From assembly GCA_010356995.1 (NCBI GenBank), contig ML996691.1, positions 1,432,174 to 1,490,829 of the forward strand: a stretch of 58,656 nt of DNA, in the 5' to 3' direction. Under the pieces are notes generated by a model. That model did not search any database, was not told where the DNA came from, and saw only the letters and a list, made by a program, of their open reading frames with translations. The stretch's first letter is position 1. Each line of letters starts with the position of its first letter. Source of the DNA: Trichodelitschia bisporula. Lineage: Eukaryota. Shown piece after piece: positions 36,446 to 49,005 of the stretch. The translations under genes and the position numbers were made by a program.

Positions 36446-38509
36446 ATGGAGGGATCCGCAAGACCCACGTCCGGCCCCGTGTCGGACACGTTAAAGTACT
36501 ATACCCGCGCTCGTATCCACCGTGTCTCGAGTCGAGCTGACTTGCGCAGCGAACAAGTCTACCAGCCTGTGCCTCACCCGCAGCCGTACTATAGTGAAGG
36601 CTATCCACAGCCTCAGCCTCAACTGTCACCGCCGCTGGATGCTCGTGGCTCGCCAGGGACCCATCCGTCTCCCAACTCCCAGGCCACTTACCACGATGAC
36701 AAAAGTCCACCTCTTCAGAGTGCCCCGTTCGGGCCGCAAACTCCCCCATTCCAGCCCCAGACGTTCCAGCCGTACAGTCCGCCGTACCAACCTCCGAGTC
36801 CGAACCCTCCATACCAGCCTGGATACGCACCGAGTGGAAGTCCGAACCCTCCATACCAGCCTGCGTATCCGCCGAGTGCCAGCCCGAATCGAGTCACCTC
36901 GCCCGCGTCCGGCGCACCAGAGGTAATCCAAGGGTTTGGATTCTACCAACCACAACCTGGCCAAGGCCACCGCTCGTTATCGCCGACGCTGTCGCAGGGC
37001 AGCACGGCGTATGGATCGGCGGGCCGAGACTCGATACCGCCCAACGCGGATGGGAAGGAGGTGTACGCCGTGTACCAGCAGCCGCTGCAACAACAACAAC
37101 AACAACAACAGCACCCGGAACAGGCGGAGAAGCCGAGGCGAAGGGTGTGCGGGCTGCCAATTCTGCTGTTCTGGATTGTGGTGGGCGTGATCCTTTTGGT
37201 TCTTTTGGGCGCCGGTCTGGGTGCGGGCCTAGGGCTCGGGCTCAAGAAAAAGTGAGGATATCGTACTGCAGAGAAAGGCTAAGCTGATTATCAGATCCAA
37301 TCCCGCCGCTGCTCCCGCCACGAATACCACCAAGCCGTTTACCGGCAATCCGAAGCTCTCCATCGGTGGTGCCATCGACCCCAAGTATTACTCCACTAAG
37401 GGTGCATGGAATGGGTCCGGCATCGCCTTTGCTGGCGAGTCGTTCTCTGGCGGCGAGCGTGGACTCGCAACTGTGTATTTCCAGCACCACACTGGCGACA
37501 TTCGGTGGATGCGGCTAAACTCCGACTACAACTGGGTCGGCGGCACCAAGGCCGAGACAGTCGCCTCCGACGCCAAAAACTCAACTCCCTTGTCGACGGT
37601 CGCTTACGTGATGAACGGGACCAACACGTACCACCTCTTCTACATCAGCAAAGATGGCTACGTGATTCAAAAGAGTAATAGCAATGCGACCAACTTCTGG
37701 CAGGACGGGTACGTCAACCAGCTGAAGCTCAAGGCGTTCGACGATGACTCGGTGGGGCTACAGGCCTGCTGGTACGGCAACTTCTACGGCGATTCCGACT
37801 ACAGCAAGTTTCCGACGGTGAATGGCGATAAAAATACACTTGCATACTCGTCCCAGTTTGGCATGCATCTGTGGTTTCCGAGTGATGCCACGACGATGGA
37901 GCAATACGGGTATTACGAAGGCCAAAAGACCTGGATATCTCAGCGGAAATGGCCAGGGATCAACGGGCATGCCGGCGTGGGCTGCTATTCATGGGGACCG
38001 GGGACGGTGTCATACGCCATGATGGTGAATCTGCAGAACACGATCGAGTTCTGGTGGAAAGACACCAACTCGAGCCTACCGTCGACGGAGTCGCATCCCA
38101 TCCAGTCATGGCAGAACGGTGCGTGTTTTCGTCCGCTGATGTTGCTCAGCTAATGTCACTAGCAACCGGTGCTGCCATTAACAATGTGTGGCCGTCGACG
38201 TCACTAGGGTACACCACGTTCTTCTACGCTCAGAGCGATGACGGGTTCGTCCGCGGCTACAACATCTCGTACGAGGCGGAGTCGACCACAATAGTGCAGG
38301 ATAACACGACCATCGTCGGCGACGCTTCTGGGCCTGTTGCAGCGATAGGCGGCTCGCACTTGACTGTCAGTGCCATTCCCAACCAGAAGGGAGCGGGCGC
38401 GAACTTGTGGGTGTTTTACCAGGTCAACGGCGACGACATCACCGTCTTCCAGCGGGGTTTGACGGAAGGGCAGTGGGGGAGGGGGCCGATGCCCATCCCG
38501 GATCTCTAA
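36446..38509 (+). CDS. Type II single-pass membrane protein with a Pro/Gln-rich N-terminus and a beta-rich ectodomain resembling fungal fucose-specific lectins
   Basis: RRRVCGL-TM-GAGLGAGLG followed by GAWNGSGIA..YFQHHTGDIR..DAKNSTPL; introns near 37252-37294 and 38119-38162; (CAA)n polyQ near 37088-37112; 14-aa SPNPPYQP duplication. Confidence 0.75.
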
Positions 38510-39314
38510 TTAACTGATGATTAGTTGGCGGCAGTGTTCGGAGTTTTCGATGATATCCACTCGTTGATGAGACCTTAAATCTTTGATGCGGTGCACAGTC
38601 ACCCATCTGCACTCATATTTGAGGCCATCAATGCATGCATTGCGTTTGTGCTCGAGGCCTGGTTCTAGATGCGTCTGCTGGTGTTCAGTCAGCAAGGCTG
38701 TGACCAATGCTCATGTTGACATATGAACGCCGAAGGGATTCCCAGTAATCTCTTGCTTATGCAAGCTGGTTACTCAGACATGACACATATGGCGAGGTAC
38801 CAGATAGTGGGGAATTCTTGTGAGCAGGGCAGCCTCGCAGAACGCCCTTCCCGATAGTCTCTGCTTTTTCCTCAGCAAAGGCCCTAGCAAAAGCCGGCCA
38901 CAACCTTTTGGGAGGGCGCACATTCACTTTTCCGTCCAGCTTTTTTGTCGATGATGCCATCACCAATAAGGCAGGATCTTTGGTCTGTTTAGTCAGCTCC
39001 GACATGTGTTGCCCTACGCGCCAATTAGCTAGAACTAGGTACTGTGGGAGCAAAAACCTCGGAGTGACCGATGGCATCTTCTGTGACATCAGGAATCGCA
39101 TCCGGCGCTGTCCGGCGTTGAACTTCGCGTTTCCACTGCCTTCTCTGTATCCGTCGTTGCTGTGTATCCACTCTCTCCATTATCCCCGCTTCTCTCCATA
39201 ATCCAGTCTGTCGCAGTGTAGATACATCCGGGTTAACTCCATGTGGAGATATATAAGAATGGCCAAGCAGCGCTCAGTTGTAATACTCCACGACATCGAT
39301 ATTGCATAGAACCC

Positions 39315-39362
39315 AAATCAAGCTTTCTTCTTATCCCAAAATCAAGCTCTCCTCTTATCCCA
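39315..39362 (+). repeat. 24-bp tandem duplication immediately before the reductase ATG
   Basis: aaatcaagctttcttcttatccca / aaatcaagctctcctcttatccca (2 mismatches). Confidence 0.9.
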
Positions 39363-39364
39363 AA

Positions 39365-40393
39365 ATGACCAAGGGAGTTATTCTTGTCACTGGCGCGAAC
39401 GGCTTTATCGCCGGTCATATCATCGACCAGTTCCTGGCCGCAGGCTATACCGTCCGCGGCACCGTACGCTCTCCCTCATCCGGCTCCAAGGTCCGGGAGC
39501 TCCACGCCAAATACGGCGACAAACTTGAAATCGCCATCGTTCCGGACCTCACCAAGGTCGAGAGCTACGAAAATGCGCTCCAGGACGTCGTCGGTATCAT
39601 GCATACGGCCTCACCCGTTGATCTCTCCGCCAGTGACAACGAGAAAGAGCTTCTCATCCCCGCCATCCAGGGCGTGACCGCCCTCCTCAAAGCTAGCAAG
39701 AAATGGGCCACCTCCCTCAAGCGCATCGTCTTCACCTCTTCCTTTGCCGCCAATATCAATGTCCCCGAAGGATACCGCCCAGGCTACACCTACACCTCCG
39801 AAGACTGGAACCCCGTGACCTACGCCGAAGGCGCAACCGCCGATCCCGTCTCTGCCTACTGCGCCTCCAAGACACTCGCCGAGCAAGCCGCCTGGTCCTT
39901 TATCAAGGAAGAAAAGCCCAGCTTCGACCTCGTCTCCCTCAACCCGGCCTGGGTCTTCGGCCCCCACTTCGCGCCCACCACGCCCGCCCTCGACCTCAAG
40001 CACCTCAACGAGTCAACCCAGGCGCTGTGGAAGGTCGTCGACGCCGACACGGTCCCGCCCGTTGACTTTGCCGCCGCCGTCGACGTGCGCGACGTTGCTC
40101 GTGCCCACCTTCTTGCCTTCGAGACCCCGGCCGCAGGTGGCAACCGCTTCTTGCTCGCCGAGCATTTCTCCTACCAGCTGGCGGCCGACATCGCGCGAGA
40201 GCAGGTCCCCGAGCTGGCCGGCCGGGTACCGGTCATTGAGCAAGGCAAGGAGCAGACCCCGGCGACGTACTACGCCGTCGACGGCAGCAAGCCAACTGAG
40301 ATCCTGGGGCTCAAGTACAGGCCGATCACGGACACGATTCGCGATGCCTACGCGCAATTGGCTGCGGTGGAGAAGGTTGCAGCTGCGGCTTAG
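39365..40393 (+). CDS. NADPH-dependent aldehyde reductase/epimerase (Gre2/Ari1-like extended SDR)
   Basis: LVTGANGFIAGH, HTASP, FTSSFAA, YCASKTLAE, VDVRDVA; intronless; TATATAA near 39250. Confidence 0.93.
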   Translation: MTKGVILVTGANGFIAGHIIDQFLAAGYTVRGTVRSPSSGSKVRELHAKYGDKLEIAIVPDLTKVESYENALQDVVGIMHTASPVDLSASDNEKELLIPAIQGVTALLKASKKWATSLKRIVFTSSFAANINVPEGYRPGYTYTSEDWNPVTYAEGATADPVSAYCASKTLAEQAAWSFIKEEKPSFDLVSLNPAWVFGPHFAPTTPALDLKHLNESTQALWKVVDADTVPPVDFAAAVDVRDVARAHLLAFETPAAGGNRFLLAEHFSYQLAADIAREQVPELAGRVPVIEQGKEQTPATYYAVDGSKPTEILGLKYRPITDTIRDAYAQLAAVEKVAAAA

Positions 40394-40966
40394 GGTGTGA
40401 GGACGGATACGGTGGGCAGATTAGTGCTGGGGAGGTAATCAACTGGACGCGAGGTAGACCGAATTCAAACCTTTCTCAATGAGATCTGCTACAATCGTGA
40501 TTTGCGCATCGCGTGGGTCGAGTTCCGTGCCTGGACCTGAACGCTAATGTTCCGATCTCCTTCCCGCGGGCCCGAAGGGCACTGGGAAAAATTGTGGCCT
40601 CCCTGTTGGGGAGTTTTGTGGGCTGACGGGGCCATGATCTTTCGAGCGGTTGAGCCGCGCAGCCCTAACCTGACGTTCTCCCGGGGAGAGCACGCGAGGG
40701 CCAGAGCCGCGGGAGAGGCCGGCTTGGCGGGATCGGATGAAGGCTGACGATAGGGCTGGAACAGAGGCGCAGGGCTAACGTGGGGGAGTAATATGCGGCA
40801 GATTGAAGCATGAGTTAGGCGAGATTGCCGCGCCAGAGCCCAGAGCGCTGCAATCATGGTGAGAACAGAGGTCACGGCGCCATTAAATAGGTCCATCGCG
40901 CGGTAGCTCTAAACGGCGAGCATTCACTCCTTCAACTGCTTCGAGCGTTCAATCGTTACATTCGTC

Positions 40967-42172
40967 ATGAAGTACCAGATCATCGCAGCGGCGCTGTTCG
41001 CGCAGGCCGTCCTGGCTGTGCCGCAGATGCCCACCAAGGGCACAGGCGCGCCTAAGGGTACGTCCTCGCCGAAGGGCACCACGTCGAAAGGCACCACACC
41101 AAAGGGCAAGGGTGGCGCGGGCGGCCTCGGCGGTCTCCTATCCCTCCTCGGTGGCGGCAGCTCCGGGCCCGGTGGCCTCGCAGGCATCGCAGCGTCGTTC
41201 GGCCTCGACCCCAACTCCGAGGTCTCAGACATGGTATGTCAGACCTTCAACGGCAACAGTACGCTCGGTAACATGCTCGGGAGCATCTTCGGCAGCCCGA
41301 TCGGGAAAGAGCCAGGGGAAGAATGCGTCAAGGACACGAGCGGCGGGTCCGGGCCGTACAAGGCCGCCTACTTCGGCGAGCCGTCGCTGGAAAACCACAC
41401 TATCTATGCGCCTAAGACGCCGCCGCCGCCGGGCGTCAAGTTGCCGGTTATTGTCTGGAGCAATGGGTTCTGCATGAGTGCTGGGACTATGTTTGCGAAT
41501 TTCCTGAATGAGATTGCGAGCCATGGGTTCTTCATCGTTTCCAATGGCGCGGCCAAGGGCGGCCTCGGCGGCGGCATGACGACCTACAAGGAGCTGATCA
41601 AGGCGATGGATTGGGTGACGACGAACCCGGCGGTGAAGAAGTACGGCGACATCGACATCCACAACATTGCTGTTTCTGGCCAGTCATGCGGTGGTATGGA
41701 GGCGGTAAGTTGACCTGCTGGCGTCGCGATCCTATCTGACAAATCAGTACCAAGCCAGCCCTGACCCTCGCGTCAACTTGACGGTCCTTTTCAACAGCGG
41801 AAACTTTGCCGGGTCCACGCCGGGGGCTATGGCGAAGCAAACCAAGCCGGTTGCATGGTTCCTCGGTGGGCCAAATGATATGGCACAGAAGAATGTAAGT
41901 GCCCCGAGCATACCGATCTGCATTGGCTGATTTTCCAGGGTGATGCCGACTACAAGAACCTCGGCGCCGTACCGGCACTCAAGGGCAGCATCGACGTCGG
42001 CCATATTGGCACCTACTACCAGAAGGGTGGGGGCAAGATCGGCAGGGCCGCGGTGGCCTATTTCAGCTGGAAGCAGAAGGGCGAGACCAAGTACAAGGCC
42101 GAGTTCTGCGGCACCGGCGGGGAGCTGACCAAGGTGGGCTGGAAGTTCGAAGCGAAGAACGGCATGTGCTAG
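40967..42172 (+). CDS. Secreted alpha/beta hydrolase (chlorophyllase/dienelactone-hydrolase-like esterase)
   Basis: Signal peptide; HTIYAPK, LPVIVWSNGFC, LNEIASHGF, nucleophile elbow GQSCGG, LGGPND, GHIGTY; two introns near 41705-41746 and 41895-41938. Confidence 0.85.
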
Positions 42173-42197
42173 ATGCACATTTGATAGCTATATAGTG

Positions 42198-44113
42198 TCA
42201 ATAAAACATTGGTGATATCTTCCCCGCAGACCGCTCCATAATGCGTTCCGGTAGAAGCACCTCGTACACGTGCTTGACCCAGGTAGCGAGCAGGTGGCGT
42301 GTCTCTACCGGGTCGATGATTTCCTCGACGCCGAAATTGTTGGCCGTGCGGACCGGATTCATCAGCCGTCGGTACTCTTCGTCAAGCTCCCGGTAGCGCT
42401 CTTTGCGCTTCTCGAGACCTTCCTTGCGCTCAATTTCCTTGAGTTCAAACGAGTGTCCCACATCGATGCCGCCAGCAAGAGGTAGGCTACCCCACTCGCC
42501 GCTGGGCCAGGCGACGCAGAATCGCGGTTCACGGCAGCTGATCATGATGCCGCCAGCGACACCGTACGAGCGACGCGTGACGACGGAGAAGACAGGCATC
42601 GTGGTTGCGTGATACGTCGTTGCGAGCGAAATGCCGTGCCGCATGGTGGCCGTGCGCTCGGCCACGGTGCCGATAGCGTACCCGGGGATGTCGATGAATT
42701 GCACCAAGGGAATATTGAACACATCGAGGAACTTAAGATGACGGGTGAGCTTCTGCGAGCCGAGGGCGTCAATCGCGCCGGCGTTGACTAATAATCAGTG
42801 AGATGAAAGGGGTGTAAAGAAAAGCCTTACCTTCACAGTCGAGTGTAATTATGCCCACAGGGCGCCCGCCAATCCGGGCGAGCCCGCAGATGGCAGTCGT
42901 ACCCCAGTACCTGCCAATCTCAAACCAAGATCCAGTGTCGACGATGGTGGTAATGACTTTACGTGCATCATACATGCGCTCGCGCTTGCGCGGGATGATG
43001 GTCCGCAGCTCAGGGTTGACGCGGTCGATAGGATCGTCGCAAGCAATCACAGGCGGAAGTTGTAGACCATAATTTGGCAAATAGCTTAGGACAGTACGCA
43101 TCTGTTCGAAGCATTCCTCTTCGGACGCCGCGAGATTGTCGATGGTTCCGTTTGTGCAGTGCATGTTGGGGCCGCCCAGGTCCGTGAAGCTGAGGCCTTC
43201 CTCGAATGTGGCATCTGATTCTCAGCAAAGTTCGGTGTGGGTACGAGACCTTACTTGCGACGACACTGGGACCCGCATTAAACAAGCTCCCAACGTCTGC
43301 AGCCATGACGGAGAAGTGGCAGGAGACCACGCGGGCGGCTCCCAGTCCGATAGCCGGTCCCAGTACGGCGCCCAAGTTCGGGATGCCCATGTTGAGCTGC
43401 TTGACCACAACGTTGAACGTGCGAACTGTTGGAAGATACGACCAACCGGCGGTGCGGATTGTAGTGACGGAGCCGCCGCCAGACGAGCCATCCACGAGCT
43501 TCACCACGGGCAGCTTGAGGGCCACCGCAAGCTCCTCGATGTACATCTACTCAGTCAGTGGCGCTTTCATATGTCCGAGATCGAACACACCGTCTTCGCC
43601 ATGAGAGCACCATCCGCATGTCCCGCTCGAATGGAATAGTCGTCAGCTGTAAAGAGAATTGTCCGACCACGCAGCTTGCCGAAGCCTTGAACATTGTTTG
43701 AGGGAATGTCTGGGCGGATGAGCGAAAGGGCGCCACAACTGGATAGCAACGAACTCACACTCAATGGGCTCCTCGCGCGCATCGCCCACCTTTTTCCACT
43801 TGACCGTGCCGCTTACGGAGCCGACCTCCCGAAAGGAGCCTTTGTCCAGCAGTGCGTCGATGCGTTCACGCACCCAAAGCTTGCCCGCCTTCTTCTGCCG
43901 CACATAACCCCTGTTGTTCAAGTCTGGCGTGACCGCAATCTTCTGGAGTGTCGCGATCTGGCCTAGGATGTCCGAGTAGTCGGCGGGAAGTTCGGCTTTG
44001 TCGTCCTTTCGTCGTCGGCGCTTGGGGGATGAAGGGGAGACATGTTGTTGAACTTGCGCGAGGCGATCTTTGGCTTTGGAGCTGCTGGAGCTGGAGTCAC
44101 CACCGTCGCCCAT
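42198..44113 (-). CDS. Acyl-CoA carboxylase carboxyltransferase (beta) subunit
   Basis: GKLWVRERIDALLDKGSFREVG, ADDYSIRAGHADG, LVDGSSGGGSV, LFNAGP, VDTGSWFEIG, FIDIPGYAIG, AWPSGEWG, VEEIIDP; several short introns. Confidence 0.92.
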
Positions 44114-44270
44114 GGTCGCGTCGGCACCTACGGTAATGGAGAAGTGCGAGGGAGTGTATAGAGAGTATAAACTGGGATGGACGTACGCCGATCAATGAGC
44201 CTAATGTCTACATGGCATTTATGCGGAGGTGACATGGGGAGGTGGTGGACGCGGAGAAAGGTCCAGGGGA

Positions 44271-44276
44271 CCTCGG
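44271..44276. promoter_or_regulatory. CCTCGG FarA/FarB-type core in the bidirectional carboxylase promoter
   Basis: Single hexamer near the middle of the 320-bp gap 44114-44433; CreA-like GCGGAG at 44223 and 44251. Confidence 0.4.
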
Positions 44277-44433
44277 CTGCCGTGCCTTGACCCCACGTTC
44301 TTCTCGTAGTTCCTCTAATGCATCACCGAGACCGACGACGCGTGCCGACACCATGTCTTTTGGATCTCCTGCACGAACATCTCGTGCGTACATATTGAAA
44401 CCAGACTGATAGTTTTCGTCCAACCTCCCGGCC

Positions 44434-46504
44434 ATGTCTCCGCTCACCTCGCGCCCGTCCCCGCGCCCCATCCGCCGTCTCCTCGTCGCCAACCGGTACG
44501 GCCCGCCCCACTTGGAGCTCTTGAGCTAACTAACCGCACCACTAGCGGAGAAATCGCGACTCGCATTCTGAATTCCGCACGGGAGCTGGACATTGAGACC
44601 TTCGCCGTTTACACCGCTGATGACACAACACACACCCACGGCGCGGCCCACAGCGTCAAGCTTTCATCTCCATCGTCGTACTTGGACATTGCGGAGTTGG
44701 TGTCGGTGGCCAAGGAACACGCCGTTGATGCGGTCCATCCGGGTTATGGCTTCCTATCGGAGTCGACCGAGTTTGCGCTGAAGATGTGGGAGGCCGGCGT
44801 GGCAGTGGTCGGCCCAGGCTGGGATATTCTCGCGCAGACGGGAGACAAGTTGCAGGCTAAGAAGCTTGCGGAGCAGGGTACGAGCTATGGATGCACTCTC
44901 ACTGCGGGTTTGCTAATTTTTCAGCTGGCGTGCCGGTCCTCGCAGCTCTCGAGAGCCCGACGAACAACATTGGCGATCTGCGGGCCTTCGCGACGCACGC
45001 CGGTTATCCCATCATGGTCAAGGCGGTAGATGGAGGTGGTGGTCGTGGGATACGACTGGTCCGGTCGGAGGAGGAGCTGGAAGCGGCAGCTAAGCGGGCG
45101 ATTGAGGAGAGCCCGTCGCGCCAGGTCTTTGCGGAGAAGGCGGCCGTAGATGGGTATCTTCATGTTGAGGTACAAATCGTCGGTGATGGCCGAAACGTGG
45201 AGCACCTGTGGGAGCGGCAGTGTAGCATCCAGCGGCGGTACCAAAAGGTGGTCGAGATTGCGCCATGCATAACGCCAAAGAGGGCCTTCGTTGAGAACAT
45301 CATACAGTCTGCGGTGCGGATGGCGAAGAGGGTGGGTCACTCGGTGTCGCTGCGATTATGGCTAACGTTACAGGTCAAATACTTTTCCCTCGGTACCTTT
45401 GAGTTTCTCGCAAACCCAACAACTGAAGAGTTTTACTTTCTCGAGGTGAATCCCCGCCTGCAGGTGGAGCACACTATCACGGAAAGCATCTCGAGTGTAG
45501 ACTTGGTGCGGGCCCAGCTGCTCCTCGCTCAAGGCGCGACCCTTGAAGAGGCCGGAATTCGTCGCAACACGGCCAAACCCTTGCTCTTCTCCTGCCAGCT
45601 CCGCATTACAGCCGAAAACGCGAGTGACTGGTCGCTCAGCATCGGTCGAATCCAAAGCTTCCAGCTTCCATCTGGGAACGGCATCCGCGTCGACACGAAT
45701 CTGCTCAACGGTCACGCTTCCGTGGTTAGCTCGGACTTCGACAGCTTGCTGGCCAAGGTCATTGTCACCGCACCGAGTTGGCCCGAAGTGGTGCGCAAGT
45801 GTCAGCGCGCCCTGCAGGACACGCACATATCAGGGGTTAAGACCAACTTGAACATTCTCCGTGGCATTGTTGCGCATCCAGACTTTGTGGCAGGAGACTG
45901 CGATACACGCTGGCTGGAGACAAACCATGCCGCCCTGCTGGCAGCGGGAGATAAGCTAACGGCAGCGGTCCCAGCACTCGCAGTGTCACAGAGCGTGGGA
46001 CTATCGGCCTCGGCCGCTGCAGCGCCCATATTCCGCCCTGGCGATGCCTGGACCTTATCGCTTTCGGCACCGGGCAAGGAACCGCGCACGGCCCACTTGC
46101 AGTTGGCACGTCTGCTGCGAAATGAGTTCCCTGCAGCGCTGTCCGCCAACTTCCTCTACTCCACTGCCACTGAACAAACCGTGCCTCTGACGGTTTCGCT
46201 TGCGAGCACGTCTGCATCGGCTGGCGCCGCAACATCGACGCACCGGCGCGGTGACCCGGCAAACCCGAAACAAGTGGTCATTCCATTCCCCGGAAAGCTG
46301 GTGGAGGTGTTGGTGGATGTGGGGGATGTGGTAAAGGAGGGTGATGTCATCTGCGTGGTGCAGCAGATGAAAATGGAGCTGGAGGTGCGGGCCGGGCGCT
46401 CAGGGAAGGTGACCTGGCTGCTGGAGGCGGAGGACGGGGAAGACGTGGGCGAGGGTGTGCTGGCAGCAGAACTCGACGTTGATGGGAGGGAAGCCAAACT
46501 GTAG
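44434..46504 (+). CDS. Acyl-CoA carboxylase alpha subunit (biotin carboxylase plus biotin carrier), ending in PTS1 AKL
   Basis: RRLLVANR|GEIA, HPGYGFLSES, KAVDGGGGRGIRLV, ERQCSIQRRYQK, EVNPRLQVEH, biotinyl domain QQMKM, C-terminus REAKL*; introns include in-frame 45332-45373. Confidence 0.93.
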
Positions 46505-46582
46505 AGTGGGTCCACAGGTCCCGCTTAAATTAGACTATGGATAGACGATATCTCCAGCGCTATCAGACCGCCTATATAAAAA

Positions 46583-47904
46583 TCACTCGATTTCACCGAG
46601 AAGGTCATGGTCGCCTTGCCCCTGCGCCTTGTCCTGCGCCTCGTCTGCGACTTGTTCCGCTTGCATCCACGTAGCGGCCCTGAGAGCCTCAGTCTGGATT
46701 TCCCATATGGGCTTTGCCATTTCCAGCAAGGTGTCTCCAAACTCTGCGACAGCCTGGTTGACGGCGTCCTTTGAGCTGTCAAACACTGCTGTAGACATGC
46801 CGAGTTCCGGAAACGTGCATGCCATCCACGCACGTCGCAGCTTTTCGACCATCCCCTTGGCCTCGGCCGAGTCAGGTCGCAAGTTTTTGGCGACGAGATA
46901 GAAGGAACTACTCTCTCTATGTGCGCACGTCGGCTTGAACAGCTGCAGGTCGGAAAATTTCGCAAAGCCCGCCAACAACGCAAACACGTTCCACTGGTAC
47001 GCCCGGTGCATGAGTGCGATGATGGTCCCTCCGATGTGAACGCGCTGCAGCGCGATGGCCATCTGCGAGCACATCAGGCGGGTGGACTCGCAGCTCTCAC
47101 GATACTCGGCGCGGCCATGGGTCCTCAGCACCTGTCCGTCGCACAGCACCAAATGGTAGTTTGTCGGCGCGGCAAACGGCCACGGGCATAGTAGCTCGTC
47201 ATTGTCCGGATGAACGCGGGCAGCCTCTATAGCTTCCGGCACGTTTGCCATCCCTAGTTCGTAGCCCAGAAGAGTCACATCGCGGAACGAAACTTGGACT
47301 CGCGAATCCCGGCGATCGTACGGAACATGTATAGCGTATCCACCTTTCTCCCGGCCCAGAGTAACGGCATTTGCCAGCATTAAAAGATATTTCTTAAGGG
47401 CGTAGGCGAGATAGCCGCCAGGAGCCATACAGAGGTCCAGCACGTCCGGACGCCGGTTGCTGAGCTCGAAGGCACCTGTAGCCTGGTTGAGTTCCTCTGC
47501 AATGTTCTGCATCGTCAAAAATATGCTCCGTTGCGTAGTGAAACCGGCTTTGTCAACTTTGGCGCGCTTTTCGGCGTAGTGCTTGTCGCCAGTGGGGCAG
47601 TTGCTCCCCTTGGCTTGTAAGCGGTTGACCATGACGAAAACGGCTAACTAACCTTGGCCATCCATGCCATCAACTGCTCGAACTCCGAGGCTTTGTGGAG
47701 GAAAAGCTGCAACGCATCGTCTGGAGTATCCAACGAGATCATGTCGTATGAAGAGTCCTCGGGGACGACAGGTGTATCAGTTAGGGTCGTAGCTTGTAGC
47801 GCCTTGGTCAGATTGTCCACCCAGCCATCACCGGGCTGGAACTTCTCGTTTCCGAGTCGCTTTTCGAGCGAGGTTGGACTAATGTTCGTGTGGTTCGGCT
47901 CCAT
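46583..47904 (-). CDS. FtsJ-like SAM-dependent methyltransferase
   Basis: VLDLCMAPGGY, LVLCDGQVLRTH, GGTIIALMH, LFKP..HRESSSFYLVAK; intron 47609-47652. Confidence 0.88.
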
Positions 47905-49005
47905 GGTGACTGCTCGGGATGCCGGGGGTAGCAGAAGTCGGGGAACAGGTTGCAAACGCTGCGGTGGGCGGCGGAGGCGCAGGATGCTGAAGACGAGTGG
48001 ATATCAAAGACTCTGAAATGGCGGGGAGATCAGCGAGAGCAAGGAGTGCAATGGAGAGTAATGCTGCTCCGGTGCAAAAACGTGGGATACAGTTCAGGTT
48101 CGTGACGGCGGAGTGGACAATTACTACACTCAAAGACATGGACCATCGCGCCTTCCGTGGGAATTCGTCATGCCGGCCGTAATCGATGACTGCGTTGGAA
48201 GGTGCGGGTTGTTTGCTGGCGAAGTTCGCGCCTTCCCGATGAAGCCATTCGGTCGGCAAGTGCGAGTTGTTCGGGGGCAACCATCGTGGCATCGAGGGTT
48301 CCCGAAGGAGGCATTTCCGTCTGGTGACGAGAGGGTTGTCGATATCGGAGATTAAGGATTCATGGGAGCCAAAGAATGAAGGAGGAAAGGTTCTTGGAGC
48401 TGTCAGCTGTGGATCAAAAGATGAAGTCAAGAGTTTGAGCTTCTATGGCAACTGCTGCAATAGCTTACGACTCCCAGCAACGAAAGAGCCCATACTAGTT
48501 CTAGTTCTAGTTGATATCAACCCGAATCTCATGGGCTGAGGACCAGGGCCATGAATGAGGCTCCTCCCTTCGATACCAGAAATACAGGAGTTGGGCGCAA
48601 CAAGAACATGACCGTGGCCATCTGGTGCTTCGTTAGACGCGTTGTTGTCAGAACACAACACTACGTCATGTGTTTTACGCCATTATGGAACAAAACACCG
48701 ACAAATGCCGGCGCCGTGATGGATCGCCAAGCCGGCACCAGGAACGCCTCCACGCCAAACATCCTAGCTCTACCCCGCCAACCGGCTGCCGTCCCATTCT
48801 CGAGTTCCAATTGGCTCGAGCTTCCAGTTCACAAATGCGGGGTAACGAACAAATGCATTAGCGAGGAAATCGATGCCCGGAGTGCCGGTATTTATGGAGG
48901 GTGAGGGGTCAATGAAATGCTTCCGCTTGAGCCTTGCCCCTTGGTCGTCGCCGAATTGACGTCAATTTCTCCCTTCATCAGGATTTAATCTCATCGGTCG
49001 CAATC

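Noticed and set aside
36770..36890. PPY repeats as Rsp5-binding PY motifs
   Set aside because: They are xPPY, not PPxY or LPxY, and are explained by a 14-aa duplication.
38757..39101. 114-aa minus-strand ORF as a gene or pseudogene
   Set aside because: No convincing homology; it lies in the reductase upstream region.
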